From assembly GCA_965140585.1 (NCBI GenBank), contig OZ223269.1, positions 1,216,001 to 1,280,000 of the forward strand: a stretch of 64,000 bases of DNA, given 5' to 3'. Shown piece after piece: positions 31,682-41,742 of the stretch (its first letter is position 1; the number at the start of each line of letters is the position of its first letter). The position numbers were made by a program, and so were the translations under genes. The stretch comes from Spirochaetia bacterium. GTDB taxonomy: Bacteria > Spirochaetota > Spirochaetia > UBA9216. The notes below the pieces were generated by a model. It ran no database searches and had not been told where the DNA came from. It saw only the letters and a program-made list of their open reading frames with translations.

Positions 31682-32164
31682 CTACTCAGGGTATTTAAAT
31701 TTACTCTTTAAACCTGCTTCTACGCAATCGGGAACCATGCCGGAGACACTCCCATGCATTCTGGCAATTTCCTTAACACTTGATGACCTGGTTACGAAAA
31801 ATTCAGGATCTGTGGGCATAAAAAGTATCTCTATATCAGGATTCAGAGTTTTATTAGTCATAGCAAGTTCAAACTCATACCCGAAATCAGTTAAAGCCCT
31901 TACACCCCTGATCATCACATGGGAGCCGACCTTCTTTGCGTAATCAACCATCAGCATATCTGTTACCGCAACATTGACATTTCCGATATCCTGCGTGATC
32001 TCATTAAGAAAGTCTTCCCGTTCTTTAACTGTAAAAAGAGTTTTCTTCTCTCCATTATCGGCTATTACAACTTCAAGCGAATCAAAGACAGTTGCTGCTC
32101 TTCTTATCAGATTAAGATGTCCGTTTGTCGGAGGATCAAAAGACCCCGGAAATAGAACTTTCAT
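31682..32164 (-). CDS. coaD: Pantetheine-phosphate adenylyltransferase
   Basis: FPGSFDPPTNGH, IRGVRA--DF-YE, SSSVKE. Start at MKVLF, 32164. Confidence 0.95.
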   Translation of the reverse strand: MKVLFPGSFDPPTNGHLNLIRRAATVFDSLEVVIADNGEKKTLFTVKEREDFLNEITQDIGNVNVAVTDMLMVDYAKKVGSHVMIRGVRALTDFGYEFELAMTNKTLNPDIEILFMPTDPEFFVTRSSSVKEIARMHGSVSGMVPDCVEAGLKSKFKYPE

Positions 32165-32264
32165 TGCGAAAGTGTAAACGCAAAGGCTTTTTAGATCAAC
32201 ATTTAGTTTTTCCTTTTTAAAAATTATTTTTGACAAACTATCACTAAAACTATAAACTTGTTGT

Positions 32265-32840
32265 ATGAAATTGAAGCTGATTTTTGCTTTATTGCTTTTA
32301 CCGGCATTGTTTACGGCTATCTCATGTACCACTGTTGATGAAGCTTCCGACAATGTTACAGAGCCGGTTGTCGTAGAAACCGTGCAGATAGAAGAAGAAC
32401 CTGAAATAGTAGAGGAACCTGTTGTCCAGGAACCTATAGAAGAAGAATTCGTTGTAACCGAAGAGATATACACCGAAACATTTGATAATATCCAGGATGT
32501 AATTACAAACCTGAACAAGGTTATTGCAGCTAAGGATTATCAGGTATGGCTGGAATATCTTACTGATGAATACAAAACATACTACAGTGATCCGGAACTC
32601 CTTAAGCAGTACACAGAGCTGTACAAGCAGCGTGGATATAATTACAGAATCGAAACCCTTAAGGACTATTTTCTCTATCTTGTCGTGATCTCAAGGGCGA
32701 ATGCCAAACTCGATGAAATAGTGTTCATTGACAAGGATCATGTAAAAGCCCTTTCAATTTTAAAGGGACAGCTGTCAGTACTTTACTATCTTGAAAAAGA
32801 TGAAAACATCTGGAAAATAGGACTAAAACCTGAAAATTAG
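32265..32840 (+). CDS. Hypothetical lipoprotein
   Basis: Signal peptide ending AISC, Glu/Pro/Val-rich linker, globular C-terminal domain. Confidence 0.75.
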   Translation: MKLKLIFALLLLPALFTAISCTTVDEASDNVTEPVVVETVQIEEEPEIVEEPVVQEPIEEEFVVTEEIYTETFDNIQDVITNLNKVIAAKDYQVWLEYLTDEYKTYYSDPELLKQYTELYKQRGYNYRIETLKDYFLYLVVISRANAKLDEIVFIDKDHVKALSILKGQLSVLYYLEKDENIWKIGLKPEN

Positions 32841-32888
32841 TGTATACTTTATATGATGAGGTACCGAACTATAGAACGGGGAGAGAAA

Positions 32889-33587
32889 ATGAAAAAGATT
32901 TTATTAACTGCAATCTGCCTGCTTATTTTACTGTCTGTACCGGCGGTAATATTTGCTCAGCAGGACGACGAACTTACTGTTGAGGAAATATACCTTCAGA
33001 ACATTGAGATGGTAATTATAAAAGAACAGGCTTCTACTATGGACCGTGATGCCAAGTTAATGGCACTTAAAAACATAGAAGAAATGATTGATGAAGGAAA
33101 AGCCGGTGAAGGCGATCCCGAAATTCATTATATCCTTGATTTTCTTGCACAGGAAGGAATCGGACGCGAGATTAACGAAGGCGGACGAATGATAAACAAT
33201 ATGCCTGTTGTCAGAAAAGAAGCCTGCACACTTCTCGGTGAACTTGGCGGAGAAGACGCCAAAAATACATTGATGGATATTGCTCTCAAAGATGATGAAA
33301 CGATGGTTCTGTCTGAGGCTATATACGCACTCGGCAAGATAGGTATGAATAAAAACAATGAAGTCACTCAGACTATTGCCAGTGTAGTTATATCCCAGAA
33401 CACACTTGGACCGGATGATAATCTTGCCTACTCTGCTCTACTGGCTTTTGAAAAACTTGCCGATGCAAATAAGGGAATCAGTGATCCTCTTGCATTTCAG
33501 GCAATCATTGGTATAGCTCAGGGCAGTTATATCAGACCAGTAAAAATGAAGGCTAATGAATTACTGAATAATCTTAGAAAATACTAA
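32889..33587 (+). CDS. Exported HEAT-repeat protein
   Basis: Signal peptide; VRKEACTLLGELG and AIYALGKIG repeats. Confidence 0.8.
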   Translation: MKKILLTAICLLILLSVPAVIFAQQDDELTVEEIYLQNIEMVIIKEQASTMDRDAKLMALKNIEEMIDEGKAGEGDPEIHYILDFLAQEGIGREINEGGRMINNMPVVRKEACTLLGELGGEDAKNTLMDIALKDDETMVLSEAIYALGKIGMNKNNEVTQTIASVVISQNTLGPDDNLAYSALLAFEKLADANKGISDPLAFQAIIGIAQGSYIRPVKMKANELLNNLRKY

Positions 33588-33607
33588 TTGCAGTTATTTT
33601 AAATATA

Positions 33608-33643
33608 AAAAAAGGCTGAACGGTTAACCGTACAGCCTTTTTT
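33608..33643. terminator. Bidirectional terminator between convergent genes
   Basis: A-run, AGGCTG-ACGG-ttaa-CCGT-CAGCCT, T-run. Confidence 0.85.
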
Positions 33644-33678
33644 ATTGCAGTTTTCTAACTTCCAAAAGCATCGAAAGC

Positions 33679-34077
33679 TTATTTTTTGATTCGACTGCTT
33701 ACTTTTTTTCGCCAATCATACTTCTTCTCTGCTTCCTCATACTGAATCCTCTTCCTCACGAAGAACTTCATGGGTCCGCCTGCTCTGGTTTTAATTATAC
33801 CGAAGCTTCCATTCCCGAGATAGCAGATCTTTTCATCAGATTCAAGCGTTTCCTTTGATTCGAGCTGTTTGAGAATACAGTCAAAATGAGCCGGTTCTCC
33901 GTCTTCACCGGAAGCGATAGCTGTACTCATATCCTTCACAGAATTGCCGCAAATAGGACAGTTCGGAAAGTCTTTTTTACCGTATCGCTTTCCTCCACGG
34001 TACCGTCGATTACGGCGGCTGCCGTCATTTTTCTTCTTTGGTTCATTCGATGATAATTCTCGTTTCTGCTCTTCCAT
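33679..34077 (-). CDS. Hypothetical protein with basic N-terminal tail and CxxC...HxxC putative zinc finger
   Basis: RRNRRYRGGKR, CPICG...AHFDC; start coupled to the upstream stop (TGATG). Confidence 0.75.
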   Translation of the reverse strand: MEEQKRELSSNEPKKKNDGSRRNRRYRGGKRYGKKDFPNCPICGNSVKDMSTAIASGEDGEPAHFDCILKQLESKETLESDEKICYLGNGSFGIIKTRAGGPMKFFVRKRIQYEEAEKKYDWRKKVSSRIKK

Positions 34078-34220
34078 CAAGTCTCTCTCTGATTGATCAG
34101 TTCCTTTGTAAGTGTCTGTGCGATTCTGCTTATTGCAACATCAAGATAAGCAGGATCATTAATCTTTTCCTTAAGCTCCTTAAGCTTTTTAGGATCTGTC
34201 TGTTTAGCTATTCTAATCAT
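34077..34220 (-). CDS. 47-aa protein, weak resemblance to the FlgM C-terminal helix
   Basis: MIRIAKQTDPKKLKELKEKINDPAYLDVAISRIAQTL...; overlaps the end of yraN and has a GGAG/AGGA RBS. Confidence 0.65.
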   Translation of the reverse strand: MIRIAKQTDPKKLKELKEKINDPAYLDVAISRIAQTLTKELINQRET

Positions 34221-34572
34221 ATATTCCTGTCTCCGTAAAGGCATTCCTAATATGTTCCAGTCCAGACAATAACCCTTTGTGGAAAACCACGTCATACCTC
34301 ACCGTTTTATTCTGATACCACTCATTTTCGGCAAGGTAGTATTTAGAACAGGATATAATACGTTCCCGCTTAATCCTGTTAATACCTATTTCAATATCCT
34401 CAATACTGAGGCTGTCCCAGCGTTTAACTTCAACAAAAACCAGTTCATCTTCATCCAGTGCAATAATATCTATTTCTGCTCTTCTGGTTCTGTAATTTCT
34501 TGCTACAATCTTCCAGCCGAGGCTTTCAAGATATTCTACTGCAAGATCCTCTCCGTCTCTGCCTTTGTTCAG
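34213..34572 (-). CDS. yraN: YraN family (UPF0102) putative endonuclease, CTG start; absent from the ORF track
   Basis: Manual translation: LNKGRDGEDLAVEYLESLGWKIVARNYRTRRAEIDIIALDEDELVFVEVKRW...RYDVV...HIRNAF...*. Confidence 0.88.
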   Translation of the reverse strand: MNKGRDGEDLAVEYLESLGWKIVARNYRTRRAEIDIIALDEDELVFVEVKRWDSLSIEDIEIGINRIKRERIISCSKYYLAENEWYQNKTVRYDVVFHKGLLSGLEHIRNAFTETGIYD

Positions 34573-35687
34573 CCTTTCCCCATCTCCTTCGGATCCACTG
34601 CTCTTGTTATAAAAATGTCTTTCTCTACAAGCAGATCCAGGTAGGTGTTTTTCTGTTTAGGCTTACGCCCTTTTTCGTCTATCAGAAGCTGCAGAACCGG
34701 TCTTAACGGCGCCGCAGAATGAATTTCGATTATTTTCCCGATTGCGTTATTATTGAGTATTACAATGCTTCCACGCGGGTATATACCTATATTCTGTATA
34801 AATATTTTCAGAATAGCAGGATCAAATCGTCTTGAATTGTCATTAAGAATCTGTCTGATGGCAGTATAACCTGTCAATGAATCCCTGTCGGGCCTGTCCT
34901 TACTCATGGCAACAAAAGCATCTGCAACCGAAAGGATTCGTGCTCCAACCGGAATTTTGTTTCCATCAAGACCTCTTGGATACCCCTTGCCGTCCCATCG
35001 TTCATGATGCGACATGGCAATCCGGCCTACCTCTTCTGCGAGCCCAAGAGCTTTAAGAGCAAGTCTGTACGCATACACTGTATGTGTTTTCACCTTATCG
35101 AGCTCTTCCGGATTAAGCTTACCCTTTTTCCTTATAATATTCTGAGGAATCTGCGTCATTCCTATATCATGTATCAGTGAAGCATAAGCGATATTAATCA
35201 GTCTATGTCCCGGTATCTTAATCTTTAAACCGAGCACGGTTGAATAAATCATGCAGTTAACTGCTGAACACGATAAATTATCAACTGCATCCTGCTTTAA
35301 AGTTGTAAGAACCATGGCCGATTCAGGTTTATCAAGGATAATCGGATAGAAATTGTGAATTACATCTTCAAGGTCATTGCTGCTTAGATTTACACCTTTT
35401 CTGCAGTCATTGAAAAAAATGTCCATTGAGGCTATGGCCCTGCGGTACGCTTTTAATTCGGAAGAAGTTACGCCTTTTCCTTCAAAGGATTCATCCGGTG
35501 AGGAGGAATTTCCATCCATCAACACACCTTCAGTTCTTACTTCTTCAATTCCCCACTTCAACAGACGCTGTATATCTTTTTCCCTTATTTCAACATTTTC
35601 CGGGACCAGTATACTTTCATCGTCTATATATACAGGTTTTGAGTACTTACTTCCTGCTTCTAATTCCTGTACAGGTATCTTATTCAT
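34569..35687 (-). CDS. HD-GYP domain c-di-GMP phosphodiesterase
   Basis: HDIG, HHERWDGKGYP, ARILSVADAF. Confidence 0.92.
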   Translation of the reverse strand: MNKIPVQELEAGSKYSKPVYIDDESILVPENVEIREKDIQRLLKWGIEEVRTEGVLMDGNSSSPDESFEGKGVTSSELKAYRRAIASMDIFFNDCRKGVNLSSNDLEDVIHNFYPIILDKPESAMVLTTLKQDAVDNLSCSAVNCMIYSTVLGLKIKIPGHRLINIAYASLIHDIGMTQIPQNIIRKKGKLNPEELDKVKTHTVYAYRLALKALGLAEEVGRIAMSHHERWDGKGYPRGLDGNKIPVGARILSVADAFVAMSKDRPDRDSLTGYTAIRQILNDNSRRFDPAILKIFIQNIGIYPRGSIVILNNNAIGKIIEIHSAAPLRPVLQLLIDEKGRKPKQKNTYLDLLVEKDIFITRAVDPKEMGKG

Positions 35688-35962
35688 TTATATTCCTGCA
35701 GATTATATACAAAAGCGAGAATCCCTGCTGTAATTTCATACAGCTCTTCCGGTATAAAATCACCGGCCTCAAATTCGAATAATCTATCAGCAAGGTCTCC
35801 TTCTTCAACAATTTCGACATTGTTATCTCTGGCAATCTGAAGAATCTTTTCAGCTTTCTTCCTTTTACCCTTACATACAATAAAAGGTGCCGGAAGATTC
35901 TTCAAGTACTTAAGAACTATCGCCTTATCAATTTTCTCTTCAAACACTCCGGAAGTACTCAT
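35684..35962 (-). CDS. FlhB C-terminal-like (EscU/YscU family, FlhX/YlqH-like) small protein
   Basis: KAIVLKY...AP-IV-KG...A--I--IA...IPEELYE..A-ILAFVY. Confidence 0.85.
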   Translation of the reverse strand: MSTSGVFEEKIDKAIVLKYLKNLPAPFIVCKGKRKKAEKILQIARDNNVEIVEEGDLADRLFEFEAGDFIPEELYEITAGILAFVYNLQEYK

Positions 35963-36879
35963 ACTAGTTCCTCAAAACCGGATGCTGCATAATCCGAAGT
36001 CAGGCTGAATCCGTCAAATAGGTCTTCCCCGAAACACCAGTTATTTATATTATCGTCAAATTTGATACCGAGGTTTCGCAGATTTTCCTTTAATTCATTT
36101 CGAATCTCTGTTTTTTTTAAGAACCGGCCTTCCTGTGAAGTAAATATCTCTACACGGCGATTATCTCTGCATGGGTTATCAATAACAAAAAACACTTTTT
36201 CCCCGTTGATCACAACTTCAATAACCGCAACCTCGGGAAGTTTTACGTGCTTTCGAAATTTCAATTTCAAACTGCCTTTAAGAATGCGTTCAGGTCCTTT
36301 AAGAGAATACGGAAGAATCAGCCAGTTTGTGACATCTGATTCAACAGAATTGAAAAGTTCATGAAATTTATCATTATTTTCATGACCTTCATCCAAGCCA
36401 TTTCCTTCAAGAAATACGACGGCATTTTCATCCGCTATAAAACCTTTTTTGAGCATTTCTGCAGCAATTCTTGCCTTACCCGGACCAGACTCCTTCAGTC
36501 TGGACAGAACTTTTACCATATTTTTTATATTTTCATCTTTTAAAGAAAGACCTGCGTTCTTCATTGCTGTAAGAACGACCGAACCTTCAATATCTGATTT
36601 AAAATATCCGCTTAGTATAGCCGGTATTTTACCTGCTGCAGTATCAGAAAGTCGTAATTCAAGCATGTTACCGTTCCAGACTGCTTTGACCCGAAGAGTT
36701 TGACCGGAGACAAGCGACAGGCTGCTGATTACTGTAAGAGTTTTTCCGTTAACTGAGATTCTGGCTTTACCGGCATCATGTGATAAAACTTTTATATATA
36801 AAAAATCACCGGTTTTGACATTATCAATACCGGCTTTTAATATGAGATTCCTATTAATTCCTATTGAAGCTAAGTTCAA
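35959..36879 (-). CDS. Hypothetical protein in the FliK/YlqG-like position upstream of the FlhB-like gene
   Basis: Long ORF between rplS and the flhB-like gene; TTG start at 36879 assumed. Function inferred from synteny only. Confidence 0.6.
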   Translation of the reverse strand: MNLASIGINRNLILKAGIDNVKTGDFLYIKVLSHDAGKARISVNGKTLTVISSLSLVSGQTLRVKAVWNGNMLELRLSDTAAGKIPAILSGYFKSDIEGSVVLTAMKNAGLSLKDENIKNMVKVLSRLKESGPGKARIAAEMLKKGFIADENAVVFLEGNGLDEGHENNDKFHELFNSVESDVTNWLILPYSLKGPERILKGSLKLKFRKHVKLPEVAVIEVVINGEKVFFVIDNPCRDNRRVEIFTSQEGRFLKKTEIRNELKENLRNLGIKFDDNINNWCFGEDLFDGFSLTSDYAASGFEELV

Positions 36880-36883
36880 GAAA

Positions 36884-37237
36884 TTATTTTTTCTTTTTGA
36901 TAAGTTCTTTAATCTTAGCCTTTTTACCAACCCTGTCCCGGATGTAGTAAAGTTTTGCTCTTCTTACACGTCCGCGTCGAACGATTTCGATGCTTTCAAT
37001 TTTAGGTGAGTGTACCGGAAAAATTCTTTCAACACCCACACCGTATGAAATCTTTCTGACGGTAAAAGTTTTTCTGGAGCCATCATTATTGATAGCAATT
37101 ACAAGACCTTCGTATACCTGTACACGCTCAGTTGTACCTTCAACAATCTTGTAATTGACTTTAACAGTATCACCTATTCTGAAGTCTGCGACTTCTTCTT
37201 TTATCTGCTCTGCTTCAATTGCCTTTATCAGGTCCAT
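36884..37237 (-). CDS. rplS: 50S ribosomal protein L19
   Basis: [37 protein letters not shown]. Confidence 0.98.
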   Translation of the reverse strand: MDLIKAIEAEQIKEEVADFRIGDTVKVNYKIVEGTTERVQVYEGLVIAINNDGSRKTFTVRKISYGVGVERIFPVHSPKIESIEIVRRGRVRRAKLYYIRDRVGKKAKIKELIKKKK

Positions 37238-37985
37238 TTCTGTCCTCCCTGTTAGCTATATCTTTTATCCTGCTAAGTATATTTATTTCTTCGTCCGAAA
37301 GTTCTGCATTTTCAAGAAGTTCCGGTCTGTATTTCAACGTCTTTTCAATACTTTTCTCAAGACGCCATTTACGTATATTTTCATGGTGCCCCGAAAGCAG
37401 GATATCAGGTACTTTTACACCCATAAACTCTTCCGGACGCGTATAATGGGGATACTCCAGTATTCCCCTAGCAAAGCTCTCTTCTTCAAGAGATTCGCTG
37501 TTGATAACCCCGTCAACCAGTCTGTAAACTGCATCGACAACGACAAGCGCTGCAGTTTCACCTGATGAGAGAACATAGTCGCCTATTGAGATTTCGTTAT
37601 CAATATACGCGTCTAAGACTCTCTGATCAACCCCTTCATAACGTCCGCAGAGAATGACAATCTCTTTTTCCTGCGAAAAATCTCCGGCATACTTCTGATT
37701 AAACAGATTTCCCGAAGGTGTTACAAAAACTGTTTTTTTCCGGGAAGCGCCTACGGACTCAAGTGCTTTTACTACCGGTTCCGGCTTCATGACCATCCCG
37801 GCGCCGCCTCCGTAGGGCGCATCATCACAGGTTTTATGCCTGTCAAAGGCAAAATCCCTTATATTAACAAGTTCATAGGATATTGTTCCTTTTTCAACAG
37901 CTTTTGCCATTATTGAACTTGTAAAAAAGCCTTCCAGAATCTCAGGAAACAGGGTCAGAATTGTAAATTTTATTCCAGCAGCCAT
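37215..37985 (-). CDS. trmD: tRNA (guanine37-N1)-methyltransferase
   Basis: [43 protein letters not shown]. Confidence 0.97.
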   Translation of the reverse strand: MAAGIKFTILTLFPEILEGFFTSSIMAKAVEKGTISYELVNIRDFAFDRHKTCDDAPYGGGAGMVMKPEPVVKALESVGASRKKTVFVTPSGNLFNQKYAGDFSQEKEIVILCGRYEGVDQRVLDAYIDNEISIGDYVLSSGETAALVVVDAVYRLVDGVINSESLEEESFARGILEYPHYTRPEEFMGVKVPDILLSGHHENIRKWRLEKSIEKTLKYRPELLENAELSDEEINILSRIKDIANREDRNGPDKGN

Positions 37986-38473
37986 TTTTCCTTCAATTCA
38001 ATTGTTTTATTCCTGATGTCTATTTCACCGATATATACATCAAGTAAGGGTACAAGATGAATTGAGCCATCAGTATCAACTTCAAGCATATCTACAGAAG
38101 GTGACTCAACAATTCCTTTTATTACCCCGACCGGGACTTTATCATAAATAAGACTGCAGCCATGCAGATCAGCATGATAAAATTCACCTTTTTTAAGGCC
38201 GGCAGCATATTTTCTTTCGGTATATATTTCCCAACCGGAAAGTTTTTTACCATCTTCAGGATTGTCTATGCCCTGCAGTTTTAATGCTACTGAAGCAGAA
38301 CTGCATTTAACATCTTCCACATTAAAAAACTTTGTTTTTCCGGAATATTTCATTTCTATTTCAAGCCCTTTAAGCTTGCTGAAATGTTTATATTCTCCGG
38401 AAAAACTCAGAACTTTAAGATAACCTTTAACTCCGGTTGATGTTCGAATCTTACCGATAGCAATTTTATCCAT
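37970..38473 (-). CDS. rimM: Ribosome maturation factor RimM
   Basis: IGKI---GVKG-LKV, EFYHADL-G; conserved operon position. Confidence 0.93.
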   Translation of the reverse strand: MDKIAIGKIRTSTGVKGYLKVLSFSGEYKHFSKLKGLEIEMKYSGKTKFFNVEDVKCSSASVALKLQGIDNPEDGKKLSGWEIYTERKYAAGLKKGEFYHADLHGCSLIYDKVPVGVIKGIVESPSVDMLEVDTDGSIHLVPLLDVYIGEIDIRNKTIELKEKWLLE

Positions 38474-38707
38474 CTAATCAAGAATTTCCAGAACTACCCT
38501 TTTACCGGTTTTGGTTGCAGAAGCACTTAAAATGGTTCGAACCGCTTTAGCGATTCTGCCGTGCTTACCGATTACCTTTCCGATATCATCAGGAGATACT
38601 TTAAGCTCGAGAATAGTAGATTTTTCACCTTCGATCATGTTGACAACAACCCCTGAAGGATCATCAACAAGTGATTTAGCTATATATTCGACAAGGTCTT
38701 TTTCCAA
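38474..38707 (-). CDS. khpA: KH domain RNA-binding protein KhpA
   Basis: DIGKVIGKHGRIAKAVR; between rpsP and rimM. Confidence 0.92.
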   Translation of the reverse strand: MEKDLVEYIAKSLVDDPSGVVVNMIEGEKSTILELKVSPDDIGKVIGKHGRIAKAVRTILSASATKTGKRVVLEILD

Positions 38708-38733
38708 CTGGGACTCCTTAATAAACTGCTTTC

Positions 38734-38985
38734 TTATTTAATAAAAATATTATTTTTGTTAAGCAGTTTTTTAACAGTATCAGTAGGTCTGGCGCCTTTT
38801 TCGAGCCAGTCTTTAATCCTGTCTTCTTTTAATTTCAGCTGATTCTCTTCAAGTTCGATTGGATGATAAAATCCTACTTCCTCAATTGTTCTTCCGTCAC
38901 GTGCAGTTCTGGAATCCATAACAACGATTCTGTAGTATGGTCTTTTTTTGGTTCCGAATCTTTTCAGTCTGATCTTTGTGCTCAC
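38734..38985 (-). CDS. rpsP: 30S ribosomal protein S16
   Basis: KIRLKRFGTKKRPYYRIVV-DSR--RDGR. Confidence 0.98.
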   Translation of the reverse strand: MSTKIRLKRFGTKKRPYYRIVVMDSRTARDGRTIEEVGFYHPIELEENQLKLKEDRIKDWLEKGARPTDTVKKLLNKNNIFIK

Positions 38986-39000
38986 TAGAGCCTCCTGTGT

Positions 39001-40335
39001 TTATCGTACTCCACCCAGCTGATTCATGAGCTGAGCCTGGTATTTCTTATTTTTGGTAACCTTTTTCATCATAAGCCGCATTTTATCGAACTTCTTGATA
39101 AGCCGGTTAACTTCATACACGTTTGTACCGCTTCCCTTAGCGATACGTTTTCGACGCGAAGGGCTTATTATACGATGATTTCGACGTTCCTGTATAGTCA
39201 TCGAAAGTATAATAGCTTCCTCGCGTTTTATTTCATTTTCATCGATATCGTCCTCGCTTATCCTGCCGGCAGCTCCGGGAACCATATCAATCAATGATTT
39301 AATGCTTCCCATCTTCTTAACCCGCTGGAACTGCTCAAGGTAATCTTCGAGTGTGAAGGTAGCCTTAGCCATCTTTTCTTCAAGCTTTTTGGCATCTTCC
39401 TCATCGATTGTTTCCTGAGCCTTTTCAACGAGAGAAACAACATCTCCCATGCCGAGTATTCTTGTGGCAATCCTTTCAGGGAAAAAGGGTTCAAGATCTT
39501 CGGTTTTTTCACCGGTACCTACAAATTTAATAGGTTTACCGGTTACTGATTTTAGCGACAGTGCCGCTCCGCCTCTCGCATCTGAATCGAATTTACTGAG
39601 GATAACACCGCTGATTCCTACAGCTTCATCAAATTCTTTTGCAATTTCAACCGCATGCTGTCCCGTCATTGAGTCTGCAACAAGGAGGGTTTCATCAGGC
39701 TTTGCAGCAGAAGCTACAGCCTTTATCTCCTTCATCAGATCCTGGTCGACATGCATACGACCGGCAGTATCTATAATAACAGTATTGAACTGCTCTTTTT
39801 TCGCTTTCTTAAGAGCATTTTTCACTACCGATAGAGGGTCTTTTGTATCCTCCGAATAAACATCAACGCCTACCTGTTCTCCGAGAACGTGAAGCTGCTT
39901 TACCGCAGCCGGCCTCACCAGGTCTGCCGCTACAAGAAGGGGTTTTCTTCCTTCTTTTTTAAGCCTTAAAGCAAGCTTTGCAGAGGTTGTTGTTTTACCG
40001 GACCCCTGAAGGCCCATCATTAGAATAACACTTGCTGTATCCGGACCTTTTAAATTGAGCTCCTGACGCTCATCACCAAGCAGAGTTACCATCCGGTCAT
40101 GAACGATCTTGATAAACTGCTGTCCCGGGTTTACTGCTTTGAGAACAGCCTCGCCCTTTGCTTCTTCAATGGTCCTGTTTACAAATCTCCGGACAACTCT
40201 GATATTTACATCTGCTTCAAGCAGGGCTATTTTTATCTGCTCAACAGCCTCTTCGATGTTTTTTTCTGAGATTGCAGCATTGCCGGAAATTTTCCTGAAT
40301 ATGTCTGAGAATTTATTTGATAGATTGTCCAGCAT
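39001..40335 (-). CDS. ffh: Signal recognition particle protein Ffh
   Basis: GLQGSGKTT, DTAGR, DARGGAALS, RILGMGD, M domain. Confidence 0.98.
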   Translation of the reverse strand: MLDNLSNKFSDIFRKISGNAAISEKNIEEAVEQIKIALLEADVNIRVVRRFVNRTIEEAKGEAVLKAVNPGQQFIKIVHDRMVTLLGDERQELNLKGPDTASVILMMGLQGSGKTTTSAKLALRLKKEGRKPLLVAADLVRPAAVKQLHVLGEQVGVDVYSEDTKDPLSVVKNALKKAKKEQFNTVIIDTAGRMHVDQDLMKEIKAVASAAKPDETLLVADSMTGQHAVEIAKEFDEAVGISGVILSKFDSDARGGAALSLKSVTGKPIKFVGTGEKTEDLEPFFPERIATRILGMGDVVSLVEKAQETIDEEDAKKLEEKMAKATFTLEDYLEQFQRVKKMGSIKSLIDMVPGAAGRISEDDIDENEIKREEAIILSMTIQERRNHRIISPSRRKRIAKGSGTNVYEVNRLIKKFDKMRLMMKKVTKNKKYQAQLMNQLGGVR

Positions 40336-40404
40336 TACTCCATATCCTCCGGATTTTAGTGACAGTTATACCCTGAAATCAACATGAATGTCAACATTAA
40401 AGAC

Positions 40405-41742
40405 TTACCGTATATAGATATATCTTCGTTCAAGATAGTTGATTCTTTCCCTGGAGTCCTCCCAGTAAAGACTGATTGGAAATTCATCAACAATCTTTTT
40501 ATAATAATCTATTGATTTTCTGATATCCCTTAAACCGGAAACAGATTCATACTGTTTTGCAAGAAAGAAATAGACTGAATCAAGCTCAAGAAAGTCAAAA
40601 TCAGGCATTCTTGATTCGATAAGTTCTACAGCTGCCTCCGGATTTCCGTCTTCAGCCATAGTTTTACAGTATTCCAGCAGGTCCTTCGTGTTTTCGGGGA
40701 TAACCGGTGCAATCTGCGGCTGTTCAGCCCGGATTGCCGGCGTAAAATCCTCATTAGAGATATTTATTTGTGTATCAGCAGTTTCAGCGGCGTCCGCTAT
40801 CTCAGCTTTTGTCTCCGCCGGGTCTATACTTTGTACATTATCAACAACTGTGATTGAAACCAGTGCCTTTTCTACAGAATCTGCCCGGTAATCGCTCAGG
40901 GAAAATTCAAGCTCCGCAACGCACTCACGGTAGCAGAAAAAAGAAAACACAGTATTATCATTTAAAAAATCACGGCCGTTATATCTGATTTTATCTTCAT
41001 CTGTATCTGATTCAGTAAAACCATTGAAAAGCCAGCCTTCCCCGGGCAGTTCAAAAACCGCTAACTCACCGGAAACAGCCTCTACCTGAAGAATAATCGG
41101 CTGGCATGTTTCTTCGGCCGGAGTAGTTTTCAATGCCGCGGATTCTGACGACTGTGCCGCCGCTGCTGTTTCCTGAGAGGTTTTCTGAAAAGCAGCACCA
41201 ACCGGCGGTTCTGAGGCTGAGACTGCAGAAGCCGTAAGCTGAGCGGCTTTTAAGGCCCCGGGCAGAACCTCCGGAACCTCAGAAGGTTTAATTTCGGAGT
41301 CTGCAGCTGCTTCAGAGCTGTCAATGGACGTCGGATTATTCTCAGACTGAACAGCTTGTTGAGTTTGCTTTTCTTTAAAATCGGACTGATGTAAGACAAG
41401 CGGAGGTTCCGCATACTCATCTGGCTCATTTTCGGCAAAAGGCGGTACAGCAGCATCAACAGCGGTAATAATTTTAGAAGATATATCCTCAGAGATAGGC
41501 CCGATTATAATATCGTTTTCATCTGATCCTGAAACTTCGGTTATCTCAGAAGCAGATTCAGACTCTTCTATATGGCTTTTTTCTACAGGTTTAAATATCC
41601 CGGGAAAAGTACTGCAGGAAAAAGCAGTGGTCAGCATGATGACTGTAAGGAAGAACAATTGTAAAGACCTTAAAAGTGAGCGGTTAGTTTTAGGCGGTAT
41701 ATCAGGGCACATCTGCATAGATTTCCCTGATTTTCTTTTCAA
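40405..41742 (-). CDS. Lipoprotein with a low-complexity Ala/Glu/Ser linker and C-terminal TPR-like domain (start uncertain)
   Basis: Lipobox TAFSC; LA--YE...A/SIDYY--IVDEFP-S-YW C-terminus. Confidence 0.7.
   Translation of the reverse strand: MKRKSGKSMQMCPDIPPKTNRSLLRSLQLFFLTVIMLTTAFSCSTFPGIFKPVEKSHIEESESASEITEVSGSDENDIIIGPISEDISSKIITAVDAAVPPFAENEPDEYAEPPLVLHQSDFKEKQTQQAVQSENNPTSIDSSEAAADSEIKPSEVPEVLPGALKAAQLTASAVSASEPPVGAAFQKTSQETAAAAQSSESAALKTTPAEETCQPIILQVEAVSGELAVFELPGEGWLFNGFTESDTDEDKIRYNGRDFLNDNTVFSFFCYRECVAELEFSLSDYRADSVEKALVSITVVDNVQSIDPAETKAEIADAAETADTQINISNEDFTPAIRAEQPQIAPVIPENTKDLLEYCKTMAEDGNPEAAVELIESRMPDFDFLELDSVYFFLAKQYESVSGLRDIRKSIDYYKKIVDEFPISLYWEDSRERINYLERRYIYIR

Noticed and set aside
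32165-32518. Ser/Thr-rich extension of coaD
   Set aside because: It is the antisense shadow of the Glu-rich lipoprotein gene.
34279-34706. Plus-strand ORFs of 121 and 68 aa, and the MTWFSTKG extension on the minus strand
   Set aside because: Shadows of yraN, which occupies this interval on the minus strand.
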